The position numbers and the translations under genes were made by a program. 58,766 nucleotides of DNA. It comes from Candidatus Uhrbacteria bacterium (GTDB taxonomy: Bacteria; Patescibacteriota; Patescibacteriia; 2-12-FULL-60-25). Positions 19,396-27,580 of this stretch are shown here, piece after piece (positions within the stretch are counted from its first letter, which is position 1; every line of letters begins with the position of its first letter). The notes under the pieces were generated by a model that searched no databases, was not told the origin of the DNA, and was given only the letters and a program-made list of their open reading frames with translations. Location of the stretch: contig SICT01000001.1 of NCBI GenBank assembly GCA_009691315.1, positions 1 to 58,766 on the forward strand, read 5' to 3'.

Positions 19396-20745
19396 TTAAC
19401 CAAACGGCAGATTATCCGGGGCTTCGGCTTTCTTCGCTTCAACTTTGTGCAAAGATGGGGCTTTTACCTGTATCAAGATCGGCAGATGCCAGAGCGTGGC
19501 CAACTCTTCAGAACACAAGAAAAAACGAGGCATGCCCATCCAATCCGAACGTTTTTTATAGGCATGCACCACATGACTCTTACGATGATTATTGCGTCGT
19601 TCTTTAAACCACCATAAAGCGCTCCCCATACCAACCATCTTTAATTCTGGCTTCAATGCTTGCATGTGGAACGTATTTGTCTGTTTCATGGCACCAATAA
19701 AGGTATTCACGGCGCGTGACTTTTTCATGACTTCTTTTTTCGCCATATAGACGAAACGAATTTTACATTCATGGCCCACCTGTGATGCTTTGTGCTCGAC
19801 CCCTTCCAACACATCTTTTTCACCAGGCGATAAAGCGAATAGTTTTGGTAAAAGAGCTTTGTCATCTTTTTTATGCTCCGGCGCCGCTGGCGGAGTGCCT
19901 AAAATCGTACCGACAACTTCTTGCGCCGTCTTCAGAGGAAAATCAATGGCGTGATCCATCAACGTTTTTTTATGTACCTTCTCCACCCCTTTTAATGTAT
20001 CAATAATTTTTTCGGCTTGCTGACGCATCTTCTTGTGATCTGTTTGAGTTAGCGTAATCTGATACCACAAATGCTCACCTGGCCCGAGACGACTCATCAA
20101 CTCCAGCATATAAGCGATCGGATCTTTAAACTCTCCAGAAACCTTATCTTCAAAATCATGATACGTTTTCAAAATATAAGGATCTGGCATGGTTGGAATC
20201 ATTTCTGTCCCCCAACAATCCCATTCTTCATCCGGAAAATGACTCGGAAAACCATCGGTATAATCCTGCACTTCTTGAATTTCTGCATGCGGATATTGAG
20301 CATAAATAGAGCCTTCCATTAAATCACGAAAGCGTCGCTCGCCACGCACATAAAAACCCACGCGACCTTCGATCGAAGCGATCTCAACACTAATCACCGC
20401 CTGTTTAAATCCCCTCACCCAAGTTTCTGTCCAAGATGGCGAGGAGTGGGCTCCCGCAAAACTGATAAACATGTTTTCCGCCGCACGGGCAGTTTGCTCC
20501 GAATCTTTTGGTACCGTGATCCGCAAAAGAATCCATTCTTGTTTGGCAATAACCTTGCCACTGACATAGTTCTGTCGATAAACAACCGCGATCCACAGAA
20601 AAACAAAGACAAACAAAATCCATCCGCCATGCAAAAACAAATATCCCATGGAAGAAAATGGATCGCTTCCAGTTAAAGCTAAAAACGTTTCAACGTCGAA
20701 ATTGAGGAAAGAGAAAAACCATTCCATGTGAGACCAGGATAGCAT
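19396..20745 (-). CDS. Membrane protein (two N-terminal TM helices plus a large soluble domain), presumed partner of the downstream ATPase
   Basis: The 449-aa ORF lies immediately upstream of the ATPase on the same strand, with a 53-nt gap. I recognise no enzymatic motif. Confidence 0.6.
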   Translation of the reverse strand: MLSWSHMEWFFSFLNFDVETFLALTGSDPFSSMGYLFLHGGWILFVFVFLWIAVVYRQNYVSGKVIAKQEWILLRITVPKDSEQTARAAENMFISFAGAHSSPSWTETWVRGFKQAVISVEIASIEGRVGFYVRGERRFRDLMEGSIYAQYPHAEIQEVQDYTDGFPSHFPDEEWDCWGTEMIPTMPDPYILKTYHDFEDKVSGEFKDPIAYMLELMSRLGPGEHLWYQITLTQTDHKKMRQQAEKIIDTLKGVEKVHKKTLMDHAIDFPLKTAQEVVGTILGTPPAAPEHKKDDKALLPKLFALSPGEKDVLEGVEHKASQVGHECKIRFVYMAKKEVMKKSRAVNTFIGAMKQTNTFHMQALKPELKMVGMGSALWWFKERRNNHRKSHVVHAYKKRSDWMGMPRFFLCSEELATLWHLPILIQVKAPSLHKVEAKKAEAPDNLPFG

Positions 20746-20790
20746 AAAAAAGTGAACTTGAACAGTCCTGTCTCTATTTATTTAGCCAAT

Positions 20791-20822
20791 AAAAAAATCC
20801 CTTCGGCAATGACACCTAAGGG
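20791..20822 (-). terminator. Rho-independent terminator of the lipoprotein gene
   Basis: On the minus strand the stem CCCTT-N14-AAGGG is followed by aTTTTTTT, 17 nt after the stop at 20839. Confidence 0.55.
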
Positions 20823-20838
20823 AAAGAAGTGAAATGGA

Positions 20839-21369
20839 CTACTTGTTAGCCGGGACCCACCTGGCAAGTTCAAATTCTTCGGCCGAACAAATGTCGAAAG
20901 TTCCATCGGCCTTGAGCTCCCGATGATGTTCCCACCCTGGCTTTAGATCCCAGACTCCCCCGTCATCCGGGCGCGCTGCGCGCTTTTCCAGGTGAGTGCA
21001 ACGGGCAACTCCACGTGGCCCAACCTTTTGTAACCTCTCGATCATTTTCTCGACATAAAACCGCTCCAATGAATCAGGAAAGAGCCGAAGATACTCTTGA
21101 TGGGTCTTCAATGCCGCTTTCGGATCGAAGAGGCGCTGAACTCTTGCCATTTGGTTCAGATCCATCGAGCTGTGGGAGAGAAGCCAGGCAGCCTTCTTCT
21201 TCTCGAATGCCTCGGGATACTTGCCCTGTTGCCGCAACTCCCAGGCTTGTGTTCTATTGAAGGCGATTTCTTGCTCATCTTTCACGCTGGGTTCTTTAGC
21301 ACAACCAAGCGCATAAAGGCATACGACGATGAACATGAGACGGGAAAACGGAATTGCATGAAGCTGCAT
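20839..21369 (-). CDS. Hypothetical lipoprotein
   Basis: I trimmed the ORF to the ATG at 21369. MQLHAIPFSRLMFIVVCLYALGCAKE has a lipobox (LGC). The gene is visibly more GC-rich than the flanking genes. Confidence 0.6.
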   Translation of the reverse strand: MQLHAIPFSRLMFIVVCLYALGCAKEPSVKDEQEIAFNRTQAWELRQQGKYPEAFEKKKAAWLLSHSSMDLNQMARVQRLFDPKAALKTHQEYLRLFPDSLERFYVEKMIERLQKVGPRGVARCTHLEKRAARPDDGGVWDLKPGWEHHRELKADGTFDICSAEEFELARWVPANK

Positions 21370-21470
21370 GACCGAACCTCCAACGCGATTTCCTCGCGCG
21401 TGAAAAAGTGAATGTGCGAAAATGATATATATCACAAAAATAGCCTCGTGTCAATCGCCTGACCGAGAGA

Positions 21471-21498
21471 TTGACGGAAAGGATTTTTCCGCTAAGAT
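21471..21498 (+). promoter_or_regulatory. Sigma-70-like promoter upstream of purM
   Basis: The signal is TTGACG-N16-TAAGAT, ending 52 nt before the ATG. A 7-bp inverted repeat (gtcaatc...gattgac) overlaps the -35. Confidence 0.45.
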
Positions 21499-21549
21499 GC
21501 ACGGGAACTCGCAACTTCCACAACCAAAAAAGCTGAAAGCGAGGACAAG

Positions 21550-22674
21550 ATGAGCAAACCAATGACATACAAGGGCGCGGGCGTGGATTATACGGCGCTT
21601 GACCGGTTCAAGCGTGCAGCACAAAAATCTGCCGCCGTGACAGATCATTTCTTTCCTGATTATCGCATCAAGGTTTGTGCATGGAGCCGCGGGGAGAGCG
21701 CCTTCCTCGTTCAATTGCCGGACGGTTCGATCCTGGCCCATGTCGAAGAGGGACTGGGAACCAAGCAATTGGTGGCCGATGCCATGCTCAAACTCCAACC
21801 GGATGGACCAACCTACTACGGTGCTCTGGCCCGGGACACCGTCGCCATGATCGTGAATGATATGATCACCGTCGGCGTTCTACCGGTCACACTTGCCATG
21901 CACTTGGCCGTTGGATCAGACGACTGGTTTGCCAACGAACAGCGCAGTCAGGATCTTATCGACGGCTGGGAAATGAGCTGTTGTTTCACCGGTTGTATCT
22001 GGGGCGGAGGAGAAACTCCAACGCTCAGAGATACGATCAATCCCATGACCTGTGTCCTGGCTGGCTCCGCGACTGGTTATTTGGACGCGTCCGCCGTCGA
22101 TAGATTGATCTCCGGTCAAACGCTCAAATCCGGACAGGCAATCGTCATGCTGGCAAGCTCGGGCGTCCATGCCAATGGTCTCACTCTGTGCAGAAAGATT
22201 GCCAAGCGATTGCCCAAAGGCTATCTCACACCTGTGGGAATGGATAAACTGGCCTATGGCGAGCTCTTACTCAAGCCGACGACAATCTATGTGCCGATCC
22301 TGCGCGATCTGATGCGAAGCGGAGTCAAGATTCACTCCGCGATCAACGTCACGGGTCACGGCTGGCGCAAACTCATGCGTGCGCCCCAAGCCTTGCGTTA
22401 CGTGATTGATAAGCTTCCGCCCGAACCTTCGCCCATCTTCGGTTTTATTCAAAAGAACGGGCCGGTGGATATCGGCGAGATGTACGGCAATTTCAACATG
22501 GGTGCCGGCTTTGCCATCATCGTCGATGAGACGAATGTGCGCACGGTCATCGAAGCGGCGGATCATCACCACGTCCAAGCCTGGCATGCCGGGTTCGTCA
22601 AGGATGGATCAAAGCAGGTGTTCATTCGGCCACTCAACCTCACTTTCGAAGCCGACACCCTCGCGGTACGCTGA
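21550..22674 (+). CDS. purM: Phosphoribosylformylglycinamidine cyclo-ligase (AIR synthase family)
   Basis: The N-terminal YKGAGVDY and the EGLGTK block sit at the DGVGTK position. The fold-length is that of the PurM/AIR-synthase family, and the gene is next to purQ/purL. Confidence 0.72.
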   Translation: MSKPMTYKGAGVDYTALDRFKRAAQKSAAVTDHFFPDYRIKVCAWSRGESAFLVQLPDGSILAHVEEGLGTKQLVADAMLKLQPDGPTYYGALARDTVAMIVNDMITVGVLPVTLAMHLAVGSDDWFANEQRSQDLIDGWEMSCCFTGCIWGGGETPTLRDTINPMTCVLAGSATGYLDASAVDRLISGQTLKSGQAIVMLASSGVHANGLTLCRKIAKRLPKGYLTPVGMDKLAYGELLLKPTTIYVPILRDLMRSGVKIHSAINVTGHGWRKLMRAPQALRYVIDKLPPEPSPIFGFIQKNGPVDIGEMYGNFNMGAGFAIIVDETNVRTVIEAADHHHVQAWHAGFVKDGSKQVFIRPLNLTFEADTLAVR

Positions 22675-22695
22675 ACTTTTTTCTTTTTTTTCTCT

Positions 22696-22732
22696 CTCCG
22701 ATCTCCGCCAGCTGGCGGATCGGAGAATTTTT
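22696..22732 (+). terminator. Rho-independent terminator of purM
   Basis: In ctccgat(ct)ccgcc-agct-ggcggatcggag I count a 12-bp interrupted stem, followed by aattttt. Confidence 0.7.
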
Positions 22733-22772
22733 ATATCCTCAATAAAATACTATAGTACTTTATTGAGGATAT
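22733..22772. repeat. 40-bp AT-rich near-perfect palindrome
   Basis: In atatcctcaataaaatacta|tagtactttattgaggatat I count 19 of 20 positions as complementary. It sits between the purM and purQ terminators. Confidence 0.8.
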
Positions 22773-22782
22773 ATTGAAAAAC

Positions 22783-22814
22783 AAAAAATCTCCCTTTGCA
22801 TAAAGCGCTGGGAG
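22783..22814 (-). terminator. Rho-independent terminator of purQ
   Basis: On the minus strand the stem CTCCC-N15-GGGAG is followed by aTTTTTTg, 14 nt after the stop. Confidence 0.5.
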
Positions 22815-22827
22815 AAAGAAAAATGAA

Positions 22828-23574
22828 CTACAGGTTTCGTGCGGCTGCCACGGCATTCTGGAAAATCTTGAGGCCGTGCGGCGGTTCCATCCACCGGCTG
22901 CGCCAGTTGGGATGTTGGAGGGGATCAACGAAACGTTCCGGATGGGGCATGAGCCCGAAAATCCGGCCCGATGGATCACACACGCCAGCAATGGCGTTTT
23001 CCGAACCATTGGGATTGTGTGGAGCGTAGCGAAGGGCTACGAGCTTGCGCTCTTCGATCTGCACAAGCGTTTCCGGTGAGGCAAAAAATCTGCCTTCACC
23101 GTGGGCGATTTGCAGAGAAATTTCGCTTTCCATCCCGCGCGTGAACACGCACGGACTTCCCTGCTCGACCACCATCCTGACCCACTCGCACTGGAAACGT
23201 CCGGAGACGTTGTGTGTGAGAGTCGCGGACATTTTGCCTAGTTCGCGAAACGGCAGGAGACCGGTCCGCACCAAGACTTGAAATCCGTTGCAGATGCCGA
23301 TGACGAGCTTACCCGCCTCAACAAAGGCACGGAGTTCGTCGGACAGAAACGTGGTGAGCTCGAGCGCCAGGATCTTGCCCGAAGCCACGTCATCGCCGTA
23401 GGAAAATCCGCCGGGAATGGCCAGAATTTGGAAATCTGCCAACCGAACGGATCGTGCACGCAATTGATTGATGTGCACAAGTCTGGGATTACCACCTGCT
23501 CGCATGAAGGCGTAAGCCGTCTCACGATCGCAGTTTGTGCCGTCGGTCTGCAGAATGCATACACGCGGGTTCAT
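22828..23574 (-). CDS. purQ: Phosphoribosylformylglycinamidine synthase, glutaminase subunit
   Basis: I trimmed the ORF to the ATG at 23574, which forms an ATGA overlap with the purL stop. The sequence contains MNPRVCILQTDGTNCDRE..., the nucleophile context ...GICNGFQ... and ...HGEGRF. Confidence 0.9.
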   Translation of the reverse strand: MNPRVCILQTDGTNCDRETAYAFMRAGGNPRLVHINQLRARSVRLADFQILAIPGGFSYGDDVASGKILALELTTFLSDELRAFVEAGKLVIGICNGFQVLVRTGLLPFRELGKMSATLTHNVSGRFQCEWVRMVVEQGSPCVFTRGMESEISLQIAHGEGRFFASPETLVQIEERKLVALRYAPHNPNGSENAIAGVCDPSGRIFGLMPHPERFVDPLQHPNWRSRWMEPPHGLKIFQNAVAAARNL

Positions 23575-26438
23575 GGGAACACCTCTCGCATGGGGTTTTT
23601 CCAGGCAGCTCGCAGATCCTCGAGCGTAATCTTGAAGCCGGAATAAGGACCAGTACGGCCAATGATGACCTGCTCTACCATGGTCTGACCAATCATGAAC
23701 CACGGTAGATCTCCCAAAAGTTTTTCCAGATCAACTCCAGGCGGAACCTCCACCAAGAAGCATCCTGGATTTTCACTAAAGAACACTGTCCGTGCTATCG
23801 GCCCATGACCCAGACGAGTCAGGTCGATATCTGCGCCGATGTTTCCACCAAAGCACATTTCTGCGAGCGTGACAGCAACGCCACCTTCGCTCACATCATG
23901 GCAAGCAAGAATTTCACCAGCCACAATCAACTCGTGCAGACGTCGAAAGATGCGTGGCAGGAGTTTGAGATCAACCTGCGGGACTGACGTGCCGAGCTGG
24001 CCATGTAGGTCGTAGAACACGGACCCACCAAAATCATAGCCATCCAGTTTGCCCAGAAGAATGATTTTCGAGCTTGGATATTTGAAATCCGTACTCATCG
24101 TCTTCGCGACATCTGGAATACGGCCGAACACCGAGATGCACAGCACCGGCGGAATGTCGATGACGGTTCCGTCTTTGCCGCGATAGGTGCTGGACAGGCT
24201 GTCCTTGCCTGAGACAAACGGCAGACCAAATGCATCAGCCGCCGCCACACAGGCATCAACCGCACGATCAAGCGCTCCAAGCCAGTGCTCTGTTGGCGCT
24301 GGCCAGATAAAGTTATCAATGAACGCAGCCTCACCCTTAACCGGATTGCCGCCGACGGCGACAAAATTCGCGAGAGCTTCTGTGATGGCCCAGAGTGTTC
24401 CGGCGTACGGATCGATCTGGTTGAGCACGGGATTGATTCCGTGCGACACCACCATGCCGTATGGCTTACCAGGGAGCAGGCGCAAGACGACCGCGTCATT
24501 GGGCGCGTCGCCCTTACACCCACCGTACGGAGGCAGGACATTGGTCCCTTGCACCCCGTGATCATAGCGGCGAACAATCGGCTCTCGCGAGCAGACATTC
24601 GGATGTGCCATCACACGCTTATACAAGGCACACCAGGAATCATTATCATTGTCACGAGGTACATTGATTACAATTGATTGGGCCAATGAAAACGGCTGCC
24701 ACTTGGCTGTGAGCGTCCGCTTGGGCATACCGTGGTGCAGGAATTCCATTTCCAGATCACACACGACAACACCATCGTAGAGCACAACCAGCCTATGCAA
24801 GTCAGTGAAAACGCCAAGCACTGTTGCTTCGACATTCAAACTCACACAGATTTCGAGGACAGCTGTCACATGTTCCGGCGCGACTGCAAGGACCATGCGC
24901 TCCTGTGATTCGCTCACCCAGATTTCCCAGGGATGCAAACCGCTGTACTTGAGCGGCGCACGATCGAGCCAAACCCGAACGCCCGTCTTCGCCCCCATCT
25001 CGCCAATGGCGGATGAGAAGCCGCCAGCCCCGCAATCTGTCACCGCTCGAATGAGACCAGCATCACGACAGGCGAGAAGTGCCTCCATGGTGCGTTTTTC
25101 CTCGATCGCGTGACCGATTTGCACGGCGTTTGCGTTGACTGAGGCGGTGCGATCGGTCATGGCCGCAGACGAAAATGTCGCGCCATGAATTCCATCGCGA
25201 CCGGTTTTGCCACCAAGCACGATGATCTTGTCACCGACTCTGGGCTCACCTTTTTCCACGCACGTCTCTGGCATGATGCCGTAGGCGCCGACAATTACAC
25301 TCGGCTTGGCGCGGAATCCTTCGTGAAAATGGAACGACCCGTTGGCCGTCGGAACGCCCATGCGATTGCCATAATCCCCAACCCCGCGCACCACTTCGCG
25401 CAGAATATGGCCGGGATGCAGACAACCGGGCGGGACCAATTCGGATTTCAAATCCCACGGCCCGAGACAAAACATGTCGGTGGACAACACAACACGTGCG
25501 CCCAAACCCGTACCCATGATGTCGCGGAACACCCCACCACTACCGGTTGCGGCTCCGCCATAGGGCGCGGTTGCGCTCGGACTGTTATGCGTCTCGACTT
25601 TTCCGCAGATGGCTTGTCCATCATAAAACGGAATGACGCCGGCATTGTCGTGGAACATGGAGAGGACGCCCGACGCATGACGCCTGGACGCGCCCTTCAA
25701 CCGTTCCATGAGCGAGGGCTTGGGACAACCGTCAACGATGAGCTCTGCATTGAACGTCTTGTGACTGCAATGCTCACTCCAAGTTTGGGCCAGCGTCTCG
25801 AGTTCGACATCCGTCGGATCTCGATTCAAGTCTGTGAACGCCGATTGAACAGCTTGCATTTCTTCGAGCGACAGAAACAGCTTGTCGCGCGACAGAGCCA
25901 TGAGCGCTTCGTCACTCATCCCGCCAAGCGGAATGGTTGTGACAGAACCGCGTACTCCTTCGATCAGGAGTGTGGTCGGCTCATTTTTCACCACCTGCGA
26001 AACCGTGGGGTTGACCAGCAGTCGAGCAACGATCTCATCGATCTGTGCCCGACTCACCTGCTGACCATAGAACGTATATTCTGTGCTCACGTCCACGGCC
26101 TTGAGATTGGTCAACCTGAAATCACTTGCCACTTTCATGAGAGACGCCGCCGCAGGGTTCATCACCCCCGGCTTGTACGCCACTTCAACGGTGCGCTGAC
26201 CCTCCATCAAAAGCGGCGCATTGAGCGACCACGTCTGATCGATCGATTCGACAAGCACCCGCAAGGCGAACTGTTCCGCCTGCTCGGAGCCAAGTCCTTC
26301 CATTTCCAACCGATAGACGGTCACGACCCGAACAGCCGTGAGCATCAGGATCCCGAGCGCGTTCTCGATGGTTCGATGCAACGCCCGTCCCGCACTGTCG
26401 TGTGCGGGAATACTCGCTACGCGAATGGTATAAATCAT
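23571..26438 (-). CDS. purL: Phosphoribosylformylglycinamidine synthase II with two N-terminal PurS-like modules (PurS-PurS-PurL fusion)
   Basis: I trimmed the ORF to the ATG at 26438, which is preceded by aaggagg. ...LAQTWSEHCSHKTF... is the PurL signature. The first ~180 aa contain two PurS-like units (IRVASIP...LVESID and VEVAYKPGVMNPAAASL...ARLLVNPTVSQ). Confidence 0.9.
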   Translation of the reverse strand: MIYTIRVASIPAHDSAGRALHRTIENALGILMLTAVRVVTVYRLEMEGLGSEQAEQFALRVLVESIDQTWSLNAPLLMEGQRTVEVAYKPGVMNPAAASLMKVASDFRLTNLKAVDVSTEYTFYGQQVSRAQIDEIVARLLVNPTVSQVVKNEPTTLLIEGVRGSVTTIPLGGMSDEALMALSRDKLFLSLEEMQAVQSAFTDLNRDPTDVELETLAQTWSEHCSHKTFNAELIVDGCPKPSLMERLKGASRRHASGVLSMFHDNAGVIPFYDGQAICGKVETHNSPSATAPYGGAATGSGGVFRDIMGTGLGARVVLSTDMFCLGPWDLKSELVPPGCLHPGHILREVVRGVGDYGNRMGVPTANGSFHFHEGFRAKPSVIVGAYGIMPETCVEKGEPRVGDKIIVLGGKTGRDGIHGATFSSAAMTDRTASVNANAVQIGHAIEEKRTMEALLACRDAGLIRAVTDCGAGGFSSAIGEMGAKTGVRVWLDRAPLKYSGLHPWEIWVSESQERMVLAVAPEHVTAVLEICVSLNVEATVLGVFTDLHRLVVLYDGVVVCDLEMEFLHHGMPKRTLTAKWQPFSLAQSIVINVPRDNDNDSWCALYKRVMAHPNVCSREPIVRRYDHGVQGTNVLPPYGGCKGDAPNDAVVLRLLPGKPYGMVVSHGINPVLNQIDPYAGTLWAITEALANFVAVGGNPVKGEAAFIDNFIWPAPTEHWLGALDRAVDACVAAADAFGLPFVSGKDSLSSTYRGKDGTVIDIPPVLCISVFGRIPDVAKTMSTDFKYPSSKIILLGKLDGYDFGGSVFYDLHGQLGTSVPQVDLKLLPRIFRRLHELIVAGEILACHDVSEGGVAVTLAEMCFGGNIGADIDLTRLGHGPIARTVFFSENPGCFLVEVPPGVDLEKLLGDLPWFMIGQTMVEQVIIGRTGPYSGFKITLEDLRAAWKNPMREVFP

Positions 26439-26476
26439 CTCTCGGCCTCCTTGGCACAAGTGTCTGGTTTCGAAGA

Positions 26477-26673
26477 ACACCGTTCGAATATCGAACGGTG
26501 TCCGGAGCCTAACCTGTTTCTATTTTTGTGGCAATTTGATTCTTTGGGCTCAGATTCCTCCTCTTTTGGAAAGAGGAGGTGAGGAGGAGTTAAAAACAAA
26601 AGGGTTATGTGGTACCAGGTACCAATAATCTCCGGTTTTTAACTCCCTCGATCCCTCTTTCCACAAAGAGGGA
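26477..26673. repeat. Cluster of four strong hairpins in the secF-purL spacer
   Basis: H1 is acaccgttcga-ata-tcgaacggtgt (26477-26501). H2 is cctcctcttt-tgg-aaagaggagg (26557-26579). H3 is ggagttaaaaac-N37-gtttttaactcc (26586-26646), with ggtaccaggtacc in its loop. H4 is tccctcttt-ccac-aaagaggga (26652-26673). H2 and H4 share the CCTCTTT/AAAGAGG stem. Confidence 0.8.
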
Positions 26674-26680
26674 GGTCTGA

Positions 26681-27577
26681 TTAAGGTTTCCGACTCCAAC
26701 GGTCCCAACTCACCAAAAGGGGTGAGGCGATAAAAATGGAGGAGTAAGTTCCCGTGGCAATGCCGATGATCAGGGTCAGCGTAAAGTCACGCAGAGATTC
26801 ACCACCAAAAAAATGAATGGCGAACAAAACAAGCAAAGTTGTGATAGACGTGCTGAACGAACGAAAAAATGTTTGACGGACAGATGCGGCGACAATATCT
26901 TCAAACGAACCAGAAAGTTTTTGCAAATTTTCTCGAATACGATCCATCACCACGATCGTGTCAGTAATCGAATAGCCAAGAATGGTGAGAATGGCGGCGA
27001 CGAATGGCGTGCCAATTTCGATTCCGTAAAAATGTCCCAGAAAAGCAAACACCCCAATCGGTACGATCACATCGTGAAAGGCGGTGAAGATCGTCACCAA
27101 ACCATACTTCCAAGATTTGACCGGCACAGAAACTTTGCGAAAAACATACGCCACATAAAGCGCGATGGCGACTAATACAATCACCAATCCGCGAATGGCT
27201 TTTTGACGTAACTCCTCCCCAATCACCGGTCCGATGGCATCAAAACGCAATTCAACCGCATCTGCATATTTTTTCTTCAATGCCTGAATCAGGGTCTGAT
27301 GTTCTTCCTCTGTCATGTGACGCAAACGAAATTGCATCTCCTGCTCACCCACCGGTTGGATGACAATAGATCCAAGATTCACATGCGCCGTATCAAAGAC
27401 TTGCTGAACTTCGGTTGGTGTGGGACGCGTATTGTATTTAACAGCGAGAAGCGATCCTCCCGTAAAATCAATCCCCTGTTTCAACCCCCAGATCGCCAAA
27501 AAAAGAATGGACAATCCAATCATCGTTCCAGACAAAATGTACCAAACGGGACGCAATGTGATGACATTCATTTTCAT
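26681..27577 (-). CDS. secF: Protein translocase subunit SecF
   Basis: The 298-aa product has the typical start ...GIDFTGGSLL... and six-TM RND-like topology. It lies directly after secD. Confidence 0.92.
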   Translation of the reverse strand: MKMNVITLRPVWYILSGTMIGLSILFLAIWGLKQGIDFTGGSLLAVKYNTRPTPTEVQQVFDTAHVNLGSIVIQPVGEQEMQFRLRHMTEEEHQTLIQALKKKYADAVELRFDAIGPVIGEELRQKAIRGLVIVLVAIALYVAYVFRKVSVPVKSWKYGLVTIFTAFHDVIVPIGVFAFLGHFYGIEIGTPFVAAILTILGYSITDTIVVMDRIRENLQKLSGSFEDIVAASVRQTFFRSFSTSITTLLVLFAIHFFGGESLRDFTLTLIIGIATGTYSSIFIASPLLVSWDRWSRKP

Positions 27578-27580
27578 ACG

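Noticed and set aside
26481-26497. A tRNA T-arm-like gttcgaat sequence.
   Set aside because: It is part of a simple 11-bp perfect hairpin, and no acceptor, D or anticodon arms can be built around it. I recognised no tRNA or rRNA gene in the window.
25185-26582. A 465-aa plus-strand ORF, together with several 60-170-aa ORFs on both strands between 24095 and 26457.
   Set aside because: They lie antisense to, or out of frame within, the well-supported purL gene in a GC-rich stretch. Their translations are Arg/His/Pro-rich and of low complexity, with no motifs. They are typical shadow ORFs.
26439-26680. A purine (guanine/adenine) riboswitch upstream of purL, and likewise upstream of purM at 21499-21549.
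   Set aside because: I could not find the conserved three-way-junction core sequences. The purM leader is only ~50 nt. The purL spacer consists of simple long hairpins instead.
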